Source: a virus (taxonomy: Duplodnaviria; Heunggongvirae; Uroviricota; Caudoviricetes). Taken from it: a stretch of 40,869 bases of DNA. Within the stretch, counting starts at the first letter, position 1. Each line of letters opens with the position of its first letter. The stretch is from IMG/VR virus record IMGVR_UViG_2541047754_000003; one strand, 5' to 3'. The position numbers were made by a program, and so were the translations under genes. Positions 8,687 to 17,270 of this stretch are shown here, one piece after another. Under the pieces are notes generated by a model. It worked only from the letters and a program-made list of their open reading frames with translations. It was not told the origin of the DNA and ran no database searches.

Positions 8687-9206
8687 TAAAAATCAAATTG
8701 TCAGATATAAGGGTCGAGTATTGCATACGCAAAATTTCTCGGCCCTTTGTGCATCTGATCTTGAGCTGAAGAAAGTATCTGATGCCTTTACCCAGTATTG
8801 GAAAACGGGATACCATCCATCTCTTGGTAAAGATGCTGCATTTGCTCGTCCGACAGAAATGCTTAAACTAAATGTCAGGCATACTCATGTCGATAACCAA
8901 GACTATATTCCAGAAGATAGTGATAAAAAACACACTGGTAAAAAATCATCTTGGGATGCATGGAAAAATATAGCGTCTGTGCAAGTAAAATGCATACCAA
9001 CAAGTGATTGCTTTTTAGTTTATTCGGTAAATCACAATCGTGATGCGCTGGTTATGTTTTTTGTTGACGCAGATGCCCACAACATAACTGAGCAAGAAGA
9101 GTTTAAAGAGGCAGCAATCACTATCAGTTATCAATTCTTTGAGAAAACAAAAACAGAACCAATGCCTTTAGAAGAAGATCTTTTTTCTGATAAATGGAAG
9201 GAATAA
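8661..9206 (+). CDS. Hypothetical protein with YafO-toxin-like motifs (possible ribosome-dependent mRNA interferase)
   Basis: ATG 8661 with AAGGA RBS; motifs D-F-x-Y-W-K-x-G-x-P..GKDA, H-T-H-V and D-C-F-L-V-Y recalled as similar to YafO; not confirmed by search. Confidence 0.5.
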   Translation: MSSSASQNDKNQIVRYKGRVLHTQNFSALCASDLELKKVSDAFTQYWKTGYHPSLGKDAAFARPTEMLKLNVRHTHVDNQDYIPEDSDKKHTGKKSSWDAWKNIASVQVKCIPTSDCFLVYSVNHNRDALVMFFVDADAHNITEQEEFKEAAITISYQFFEKTKTEPMPLEEDLFSDKWKE

Positions 9207-9228
9207 GCCCGCGTTGCGGGCTTTTTTG
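9206..9228 (+). terminator. Rho-independent terminator
   Basis: Stem AGCCCGC/GCGGGCT, loop GTT, followed by TTTTTT. Confidence 0.7.
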
Positions 9229-9262
9229 TGTCTGCGGATTCCCGCCCGGGCGGCGGTGGCAT

Positions 9263-9291
9263 TCGTTAAAAACAAGGCCGCGAAAGCGGCC
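9263..9291 (-). terminator. Rho-independent terminator ending the leftward virion operon segment
   Basis: Hairpin GGCCGC-TTTC-GCGGCC followed by TTGTTTTT on the minus strand. Confidence 0.6.
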
Positions 9292-9292
9292 T

Positions 9293-9304
9293 GTGACATG
9301 TCAC
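9293..9304. repeat. 12-bp perfect palindrome GTGACATGTCAC (copy 1 of 3)
   Basis: Identical copies at 26576-26587 and 28842-28853, all at gene 3-prime ends bordering the late operon. Confidence 0.6.
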
Positions 9305-9311
9305 GCTCACG

Positions 9312-9452
9312 TTATGACAAGCCTATGTACCCTGCTACACCAGATAATATCAAAATAACTGCAACAGCAAATTCGCCATCGTCAATGATACATTTACGGT
9401 TCATAACGCCAAGTGCAACAAGCGCAAACACAACAAGAATAAAAGCAATCAT
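9312..9452 (-). CDS. Small hydrophobic protein (46 aa, two predicted TM helices)
   Basis: ATG 9452 with AGGA RBS (taAGGAtgagaaATG); not in ORF track (below 60 aa); directly follows the 824-aa virion protein gene. Confidence 0.45.
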   Translation of the reverse strand: MIAFILVVFALVALGVMNRKCIIDDGEFAVAVILILSGVAGYIGLS

Positions 9453-9461
9453 TTCTCATCC

Positions 9462-11936
9462 TTATTGCGGAGTGACATCCTGTGGTCGCCACCAGTATGT
9501 CTGGTTAAACTCTTTCTTCGAACGTTGCTCCATTTTACGCAAATAGCCTGGTGAAAAATACTCCTGCATCTGGTTAAAGATCATGTGATCGAGAGCCGCC
9601 TTTAAGTACCAGAGATTCGCACCTGGCATCAAACCTTTCCCCAGCTTCACCAGATCACCACCAGTCTGCTCACTCTTCCCTTCCACAGCATTTAACGGTA
9701 TGCCCTGAGCAATCTTCACTACGTCATCAACCAGACCAGCTACCGGGCCAAGCATCGACGCCAGCGCGCCGCTTCCGTACCTAGTGTGATCTGACAATAA
9801 AAAGTCACCGTAAAGGCCAAGACCACCACCTTTCAGTAGAGCACCAAGCCAAAATTTAGCAGCATCTTCTCCTGTCATCTCGCGAGGATTACGACCAGAC
9901 GCAAGGTCGTTAAGTTGCTGCGACAAAGCGCCAAGAATGGTCGTACTGGCAATAAACGTCGCAATATATGCCGCACGCCCACCAGCAGACGGCATACCCA
10001 TAGCGCGTGACCAGTGACGCATAACTACCGAGATAGGGAACGATTTAAACAGGAAAACACTTCTCGTTAATTCACCTTTCCATGTTCCACGCTGAATACC
10101 AGAACCGGTTATCAGTTGCTCACGTGCTCCCGGTGTAATAACAGCCATATCAACTTCTTCAGTTACGGCACCGAGAAGTTTACGCATTGCCTCAAATTTC
10201 ACGCGTTCAGGCTCACCAAGATGTTTAACTGCTGAATCAGGGATACGCATAATGCTTTCCGGTGTCAGCATCGTATTATTGCCGTTCCCCCAGTCCTCCT
10301 GTTGCGCCAGCTTCCATACGCTCCAGTCTGTTTCAGTAATCCCTTTGCTTTTCAGGATACGAAAATCAGAGTCATCGAGGCTACGAAGGTCTGGTGTCCG
10401 TGACACTACCTCTCCCAGGCTTCCCATCATTGTTACGCCATAGGCGCGCTTGTGCGCATCTGACCATGCTGTAAGCCCACTGGCACGCATTACCGCCGTT
10501 GCCGCCCAACGAGACACAGACGGCCCCATATTATCCATTGCCCAGCGGTTAACACTGCCAAGTAGAGATTCCATCGCCAGACCAGCGCGGCGCGCCCGCG
10601 CAAGCTCAGTACGGTTCGTTGGGTCCATAGCTTCAAGCTGGTTGCGGAATAACTGGTTCATTGGAAGGTTGGTCACCTTCGCAGACAGATACATGGTTCC
10701 AAGATCAGAGAACGATGACAGCAACGCGGATCCTAGTCGGCTGGCAACCAGCCAGTTGCGGATATTGTCAGACCAGCGCGCGATGTGCGGATTCGCTACA
10801 GGCTGTGTCTTTCCGGAAATAAAGTTGTACAGATTCTCTGTGTTGTTCGCCAGCCGCTCGACTTTACCGGTTTTACTCGGGTTAGCTGTTGCCGTTTCTG
10901 CCTTCACCTGATCAAGAAGAGAGCGGAAAACATGATCGGGGTTTGGGCCATATGTTTCCACCAGTGCAATATCTTTACTGATACCTTCCAGGTGACCGAC
11001 CATGATTTCCCATAGAGAGCGATCGCCATAAAGTTGCTGATATTGCAGATAGGAATCTGCATCTTTGAAATGTATCTGTCGTGATGCATTACCCCGGTTA
11101 GCACGTGCGCCGGAAATTCGCATTCCGGTATCAGTAAGCTTATTCAGCCCACCAGTAGCGATCGTGTTATAAGCCTCTCCAAGAAATGCAGACAACTCGG
11201 CATCGTTCATCAGTTGTCCATCGACTCGGGTATAATATTTGCGATCCAGCTTACCTATAACATCGCTAACCCACTTATCCTTTGATACCGCCCCAACCTT
11301 TTCCATAGAATGATGTTGAGGGATCCCCCAGTTTTCGAGATAGCCAATGTCCCCACCAGCATCATTAAACCGGCGGCGCAGTAGCTCTGTCACTTCTCTC
11401 CACGCCTTAGCACCTTTTCTTGCTTTAGCATTGCCAGTATTTTGCCCTCGCATTTCATATACCAGGTCACGCACGCCAGCTTCATCTTCAAACAGGCCAA
11501 AAAAGCGAGGATCAACTGCTTCAAATGCCTCCTGCAATTGACTCAATGCATAATCACGAGTGGCTTTTGTTCTGGATTCAACAGAGAGGAAATTCGATTT
11601 ACCGTCTGCATTAAAAGCAATAGTACGGTTAAGAGCGCCAAGTTTCCCATCAGCCCCTTGATAGCTATTGATAAATTTATCCAATCTCTGACGTGCGGCT
11701 ATAGTGAGAGCCACACGACGTTTCTTTAATGCCGCTTCTCGCTGTAATTCTTCAGATGCCAATTGTGCTGCACGATACAACCGTTCTGATTCGGAAAGTT
11801 GTCGCCACGACATCGGATCATCACGAGCAATGGAGCGCATATTTCGATAAATGCGGTCTTCAATGTTCTGTATTTCTCGCGCCGTTAACGTGCGCTGCGC
11901 CGCCTGCTGGACCGCTTGTATACATTCCTGTCTCAT
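9462..11936 (-). CDS. Large internal virion/ejection protein (824 aa)
   Basis: Long ORF in collinear structural operon after capsid and tail genes, as in podovirus ejection-protein modules. Confidence 0.7.
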   Translation of the reverse strand: MRQECIQAVQQAAQRTLTAREIQNIEDRIYRNMRSIARDDPMSWRQLSESERLYRAAQLASEELQREAALKKRRVALTIAARQRLDKFINSYQGADGKLGALNRTIAFNADGKSNFLSVESRTKATRDYALSQLQEAFEAVDPRFFGLFEDEAGVRDLVYEMRGQNTGNAKARKGAKAWREVTELLRRRFNDAGGDIGYLENWGIPQHHSMEKVGAVSKDKWVSDVIGKLDRKYYTRVDGQLMNDAELSAFLGEAYNTIATGGLNKLTDTGMRISGARANRGNASRQIHFKDADSYLQYQQLYGDRSLWEIMVGHLEGISKDIALVETYGPNPDHVFRSLLDQVKAETATANPSKTGKVERLANNTENLYNFISGKTQPVANPHIARWSDNIRNWLVASRLGSALLSSFSDLGTMYLSAKVTNLPMNQLFRNQLEAMDPTNRTELARARRAGLAMESLLGSVNRWAMDNMGPSVSRWAATAVMRASGLTAWSDAHKRAYGVTMMGSLGEVVSRTPDLRSLDDSDFRILKSKGITETDWSVWKLAQQEDWGNGNNTMLTPESIMRIPDSAVKHLGEPERVKFEAMRKLLGAVTEEVDMAVITPGAREQLITGSGIQRGTWKGELTRSVFLFKSFPISVVMRHWSRAMGMPSAGGRAAYIATFIASTTILGALSQQLNDLASGRNPREMTGEDAAKFWLGALLKGGGLGLYGDFLLSDHTRYGSGALASMLGPVAGLVDDVVKIAQGIPLNAVEGKSEQTGGDLVKLGKGLMPGANLWYLKAALDHMIFNQMQEYFSPGYLRKMEQRSKKEFNQTYWWRPQDVTPQ

Positions 11937-11941
11937 TTAAT

Positions 11942-13744
11942 TTAACCTCTCAAGAAACACGCCACAGCAACATCAAACAGGCTGGAATCCTGTATTGCCT
12001 GCTCACTTTCCCTGTTCGCTTCATCCAGTACTTCACGCGCACTGCGCGATTGTGGATTACCATCATCATCCAGCACGGTGATTATCATGTCCGGAGATTC
12101 AAGCAGCGAGTCTTCAGCTATACGCAGATCAATATCTCCTGCCGGATCTGCCATCATTTTTTGTTCTGTCTGTTGCAATATCTTACCGGGCTCAAAAGGA
12201 GCTACTTCGTCTGGCGTCCTGACCTCTGCTGTTTTATAGAATGAAACAGCCTGAGCATTAAGTTCACTTTCAGCCTGCTGTCTCCGTGCCAGTTCTGCTC
12301 GAGCTTCAAAAAACTGACCGCCAGGCTCATGCGGTGCCAACGCGTTACGGGAAAATTCCAGGCGTTCTTGTGCCTGCCGGATTCGTTGGTCAATATCGCG
12401 AATTCTGGCCTGTTTATCTGATCGAGCACGAGACAAAGCTTTACCGCTACCAGTTGGCTCTTCTGCAAGAATTTGTGCGCGCTGTTCAGTGAGATTGTCG
12501 ATAATTCGTTGGCTATTAGCGATTTCAGACTGGTAAACCTGTCTATCGCCACGCGACAAAAGCTGCGCGGCCTGTTCTTCAAGCAACCGATTTTCTATAG
12601 CGCGCGCCGTTTTTCCATCATCTACAGATGACAGAGCCTCATTAACTGCCTGAGAAAGCAGACTCTTGTGCCCAGGGATTTCACTGAAAGATGCAGACTC
12701 AACAATGCTGGCAACGTCTACAGGTCTCCCCTGGCTAACATCAGACATGGCTTTTCGCAGAGCCTGAATGTGAGAATTACGCGAAAGCACGTTGATCGGC
12801 ACGCCAGGAGCAATATCAATTTCAGCATGATGAGCGGCATTCGCCGCCAGTGCAGCATCGATATCAACTGGTGAAAAATTTGGTGCGCTTGTAGACTCGC
12901 CGCGAGAGTTAATAAATCTGCCGACACCACCAAACGCCACCCCAAGAACAGCATCAATAGCAATTGCCTGTCGATCCAACACATCATACTGGTTAGCCAT
13001 TTCGCTATAGCCACCATCACGAAGCGTTTTTGCAGTAAGCCCACGCTGTGCCATACCGAACGCAATATTTGTACCTGCGGCATAGGCAATATCTGGCGTT
13101 GCACGTACTGCTGTTGCTGCGGCGCGTCGCACTGAACTCTCACCCGTCCGCGCAAGCTGAGCCGCCACACCTTCCGCCAGCGCACCACCAGCACGTAACC
13201 CGAGGCTCATAGGGATCAGTGTTCCGGCACCAGCAGTAATGCCCTGCACTAATCCCGCTTCCTGCGCCGTCCTGAAATCAACACCCTGTGCTATCAGCCG
13301 TTCAAACTCAGAAAAACCCTGTAGCGAAGTTACCGCCGCTGCACCTCCGACAGGACCACCGAGCGTTGTACCGACAACAGCCTGCCCGCCCATATCGAAC
13401 AACCCATAAAGAACCTGCCCGGCGGTTCCGGTTGTCGCGGCATCAGGCGTCAGCCGCTTAACCTGCTGCTCTGCTAGTTTTCTCTGCTCGGCAATGTATG
13501 AAACTGAAGTATCATTGAGCGAGGTGTTTTCGTTAATAAACTGAGCAATCGGGGATACGATTTTATCCATCCCAGCCCATAGCAACTGATCTGGCTTTGC
13601 CACCAGCCCGGAGTACAAACCAGACAATGCCGCTCCTACAGCATTGTCGAAAAAACCAACATCGCTGTTAAAGCCCGCTGGATTTGATGCTGCTTCGTCA
13701 AGTTGCTGATTCTGGTTTACTGGATTAAGGCCAAAGTAACTCAT
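11942..13744 (-). CDS. Internal virion/ejection protein (600 aa), Gly/Ala-rich
   Basis: Long ORF; Gly/Ala-rich hydrophobic stretches suggesting membrane interaction; operon context. Confidence 0.7.
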   Translation of the reverse strand: MSYFGLNPVNQNQQLDEAASNPAGFNSDVGFFDNAVGAALSGLYSGLVAKPDQLLWAGMDKIVSPIAQFINENTSLNDTSVSYIAEQRKLAEQQVKRLTPDAATTGTAGQVLYGLFDMGGQAVVGTTLGGPVGGAAAVTSLQGFSEFERLIAQGVDFRTAQEAGLVQGITAGAGTLIPMSLGLRAGGALAEGVAAQLARTGESSVRRAAATAVRATPDIAYAAGTNIAFGMAQRGLTAKTLRDGGYSEMANQYDVLDRQAIAIDAVLGVAFGGVGRFINSRGESTSAPNFSPVDIDAALAANAAHHAEIDIAPGVPINVLSRNSHIQALRKAMSDVSQGRPVDVASIVESASFSEIPGHKSLLSQAVNEALSSVDDGKTARAIENRLLEEQAAQLLSRGDRQVYQSEIANSQRIIDNLTEQRAQILAEEPTGSGKALSRARSDKQARIRDIDQRIRQAQERLEFSRNALAPHEPGGQFFEARAELARRQQAESELNAQAVSFYKTAEVRTPDEVAPFEPGKILQQTEQKMMADPAGDIDLRIAEDSLLESPDMIITVLDDDGNPQSRSAREVLDEANRESEQAIQDSSLFDVAVACFLRG

Positions 13745-16254
13745 TGCGGAATATCTCCGGAGAATCTCTGACGCTTCTGTGTCAGATCAAGAACAACAGG
13801 AGAACCATCATCTTTCAGCAGATAACCAGTACCAAGTTTCACCAGGTACTGACTATCGCCGTAACTTTGCAAACCATACTGACCAGGCGGTGTTTTTATC
13901 CCGGTGCCGACAACTTGTTCATTCCAAGCCTGATTAACCTGCTTATCGAATTGCTCTGCAGACATTCCCCACGGCAAAAGGACATTCCCCATTCCGTTAT
14001 AGTCATGCACGCCACCTGTAGCTACGTTAACAGCCTGTTTCCAGATATCAGTGTCAATTTCGCCTGATATCACGCCTTTTTTCGCCATCACACCAGCGTA
14101 ATAGTCCTTTGCGATCTCGTATGCCATTGATGCCCCCTGAGCATCACCAGCAAATGCATCCTTCACCATGTCAGAAAACTCAAGGCGAAGATCAGCATCT
14201 TTAGGCATCGGAATACCTTTCGCATCATCAGTACCTTTACGAGCCGCCGCGCCAGCAAGAATTGTCTGCGCAGCGGTTTCAGGAGACACGGAAACATCCG
14301 GATTAAACCAGTTTTTTTCTGCCAAAATACCACCAGGCTTGTCCATCAGTATCCCGGCAACGGCAGCAGATGGAGCGTTGGCACTGATCTGCTGTAGTGC
14401 TGACATATACACCTGCCCACCACCAGTGCTCTGCCTGATGGTATCGAGATATGCTGCCTGTTGAGAAACTGGAGCATCACGAAAGAAAACACCGATCTGA
14501 TTGGCCTCGTCTTTGGAAAAGAACGTCAGTGGAGTGCCATATGACTTAGCAAGGTCACTGACCTGAGCGGCACGCAAGGCAACGCTATGTCCAAAGTTAT
14601 CCTTATTGCTCATGTCGATAGGCTTTGCCTGTCCGGAGGCAAGAGAGAACTGCACAGGATCCGACTGCCGCTGCTTTATCACCTGATTTGCAGCCGAAAC
14701 AACGTTGTCATAAAGAGCTGCGCGAGACGCATAACCCTCCCCTGTCTCACCAGTATCCGGGCGTAATTGCTCAACATATGCTGTAATGCTGCTTGTCGGC
14801 ATGTTGCGGAAAGAGCCTATATACTGTCCGGCGATCTGCGTATTCTTAAACTCGGTATATCGCAGGTTTCCTTCTCTGACTCCATAAGCTGCAATAAAAT
14901 CATCCTCACCAGGTGGGTTAGGAAATTCAACGCCACGCATATACGCAGCTGTCGCATCGCGAACCTGGCTGTCAATCATCGTTTTATATTCATCCTGCTG
15001 CTGCCGACGCAGTTGATCCGCCTGTCGCATAAAACTTGCCTGCGCCTCAGAAGATGCCGCATCGAATGCTGCATTACCGGTATAGCGTTTGGTGTTGGTT
15101 GGAATTGTTGATAAACCAAGTGCTGCACTGACACCAGCAGTTAACTGCTGATCACTGTATGGATGGCTACCGTTCTCATGATGGATAATGGCTGCACAAA
15201 GCGCCTTCAGGGTATCAGGATTTGATGCATCGAGAGGCTCATCAGCAGAAACGCCAAGTTGTTCGCACACTGCTTTGATATACGACATAGTGTCATTTTT
15301 ATCAGTGGGCGGTGCCCAGCGATTAATTATCTCGCTGACGGTATCAATACCCTGCCTATGATACGACATCAGGTTCCGCCCTAATGCACGAATCCCGTGT
15401 TCAGGTGTTTCGAATTTAGCAAATCGACCATCATCACCGGTCTGGCCTACCCACGGATTAGTTTTGCTGTATTCGAGATTTCCTGGGTTATTGTTGCGTA
15501 TGCCACGGGCACGATCGGAAGAGTCACTATCGGCTACAGCACGGCGAGCTCCAGCAGCAGTATCACTTAACTCGCCATTACTTTGGATGAATGCGGTCGC
15601 ATTGTTTGCCGACCACTGGGACAATGCGGCATCAGCAACCTTCTCTTTAAACTCGATTTTCTTGGCCTGGATTTGCTCGTCGCTCCAGCCATGCGCAATG
15701 CCGTAATCCTCAATTTGCTGGAAAGTTTGCTTATTAGCCAATACGTATGCGGCGTTGTCGCCATACAATGCTGCGGCATTTTTACCATTGTTCAGCAGCG
15801 TAGCCTGAAACTGACCTTCTTCGTAGGCATTTATTTGCCCTATCTCGTGCCGCCCGGCCTGCGTAGTGAACTGAATACGCTGCTGCTGCGCCTGCTGCAT
15901 GAAAGCATTACGAGCCTGTTCATCCGGCAGCGACATAGCCAGTTGTTCGACCTGAGCATCAAACTGCTGCGTATACTCCTGACCTTTTCCAATAGCATTT
16001 TTCCCTTTCAGGTTAAGCAAACCTGTTTCAGGGTTATTCAGCAGATCGCTGCTTATCTGGCTTAAGCTAAGAGAAGCATCCTGAGCCATAGCAACATTCG
16101 CGCGCTGTTTTGCCTGCGCAATAATACCTGCATATTGCTCTGCAACATCGCCAAGTACATCACCGACATTTGGTGTCTGAAACGATGAGAATCCCTGCGT
16201 CGAAATCCCTCTGCTCTGAACCTGACGGCCCGATGTTGTTGGTACAACTGGCAT
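13741..16254 (-). CDS. Large internal virion/ejection protein (837 aa)
   Basis: Long ORF with 4-nt start-stop overlap to neighbour; structural operon context. Confidence 0.7.
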   Translation of the reverse strand: MPVVPTTSGRQVQSRGISTQGFSSFQTPNVGDVLGDVAEQYAGIIAQAKQRANVAMAQDASLSLSQISSDLLNNPETGLLNLKGKNAIGKGQEYTQQFDAQVEQLAMSLPDEQARNAFMQQAQQQRIQFTTQAGRHEIGQINAYEEGQFQATLLNNGKNAAALYGDNAAYVLANKQTFQQIEDYGIAHGWSDEQIQAKKIEFKEKVADAALSQWSANNATAFIQSNGELSDTAAGARRAVADSDSSDRARGIRNNNPGNLEYSKTNPWVGQTGDDGRFAKFETPEHGIRALGRNLMSYHRQGIDTVSEIINRWAPPTDKNDTMSYIKAVCEQLGVSADEPLDASNPDTLKALCAAIIHHENGSHPYSDQQLTAGVSAALGLSTIPTNTKRYTGNAAFDAASSEAQASFMRQADQLRRQQQDEYKTMIDSQVRDATAAYMRGVEFPNPPGEDDFIAAYGVREGNLRYTEFKNTQIAGQYIGSFRNMPTSSITAYVEQLRPDTGETGEGYASRAALYDNVVSAANQVIKQRQSDPVQFSLASGQAKPIDMSNKDNFGHSVALRAAQVSDLAKSYGTPLTFFSKDEANQIGVFFRDAPVSQQAAYLDTIRQSTGGGQVYMSALQQISANAPSAAVAGILMDKPGGILAEKNWFNPDVSVSPETAAQTILAGAAARKGTDDAKGIPMPKDADLRLEFSDMVKDAFAGDAQGASMAYEIAKDYYAGVMAKKGVISGEIDTDIWKQAVNVATGGVHDYNGMGNVLLPWGMSAEQFDKQVNQAWNEQVVGTGIKTPPGQYGLQSYGDSQYLVKLGTGYLLKDDGSPVVLDLTQKRQRFSGDIPQ

Positions 16255-16266
16255 CTTATTATCCCC

Positions 16267-16806
16267 TTATCGACCGGTTGGAGTGCCAACAGCAGCAGAA
16301 ATCGGCGCAGCCTTCTGAGAGAACGGGCTCCACGTTCCGCCGCCCATCTGGTATGCACCGTATGCTTTTAGTGGTGCCGTTAACAAAGTGCTGGTCATCG
16401 ATGATTTAGCAGCCGACTGAGCAGCAGCCCCCTGTGCCTGAGCATTCATTCCCTGAACCTGATACCCATATGCCTCACGCTGAGCATTATTCACTGTCGT
16501 TAACGCATCAAGAGTGCCGAACTGAGCATTATCCGCAAAAACGTCAAGAGCTGTTCCGCTACTTAATTCCGCACCGGTAGCCCCCATAGTGGCCGCCGCA
16601 GTGCCTGAGCGTTGACGCATTTCACGACGACGCTGATCCGCTTCAATATTCCCACGATTGATTGAATCCTGTGCCTGAACTTCAGCAATTTCAGCATTCC
16701 GATCAGCTATGGCTGACTGGTATTTTGCCTGCTTGCTCTGGCTGTACATTGACGCGGCTGTGGATGCCACTGTGACGGCAACCAAAGCGATGGCTGGGTT
16801 ACACAT
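16267..16806 (-). CDS. Virion-associated protein (179 aa), Ala/Gln-rich
   Basis: ORF in structural operon; hydrophobic N-terminus. Confidence 0.6.
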   Translation of the reverse strand: MCNPAIALVAVTVASTAASMYSQSKQAKYQSAIADRNAEIAEVQAQDSINRGNIEADQRRREMRQRSGTAAATMGATGAELSSGTALDVFADNAQFGTLDALTTVNNAQREAYGYQVQGMNAQAQGAAAQSAAKSSMTSTLLTAPLKAYGAYQMGGGTWSPFSQKAAPISAAVGTPTGR

Positions 16807-17270
16807 TATTTTCTCTCCATGTGAAATCTGTGGAAATTAAGACCAAGAGCACCATAAGGCGCGGCTTCTTCAAGCCTGAATCCAAGCCAGTGCAGCCATG
16901 CTTTGGCAACATGGTTTCGCTCGTCGACGTAGTTTTCCAGGCGCGGATAAACTGCCAGCATCTGCTGCAATACAGGGCGGCAGTGGCGAAGAAATGTCTT
17001 CTGATATTTTTCAATACGGCTGGTTCCGACCAGCCATGGCGTACCATTGCCACCGATCATTGACGCCGGAGATACACCAAACATGGTTACCAGTTCTCCG
17101 TTCGCGAACCCTGACCAGGCCATAGTCGCAGTGCGCAGACCAACGCGCAGCGCATCTTTGGTAGTCATCAGCGATACCGCATACAGTTCGTCAATATCAG
17201 CCTGACGAACATCCGGCAAAATCATCTGAAGATGCTCTTCGGTAGCGGGAATAATTCGAACATCGATCAT
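16806..17270 (-). CDS. Virion-associated protein (154 aa)
   Basis: ORF with overlapping start/stop to neighbours in structural operon. Confidence 0.6.
   Translation of the reverse strand: MIDVRIIPATEEHLQMILPDVRQADIDELYAVSLMTTKDALRVGLRTATMAWSGFANGELVTMFGVSPASMIGGNGTPWLVGTSRIEKYQKTFLRHCRPVLQQMLAVYPRLENYVDERNHVAKAWLHWLGFRLEEAAPYGALGLNFHRFHMERK

Noticed and set aside
9293-9304. GTGACATGTCAC palindromes as CRP binding sites
   Set aside because: CRP needs TGTGA-N6-TCACA; here the half-sites are separated by only 2-4 bp.
9214-9546. 110-aa plus-strand ORF after the YafO-like gene
   Set aside because: It begins inside a terminator, lacks an RBS, and overlaps the better-supported small membrane gene and the end of the virion operon on the other strand.
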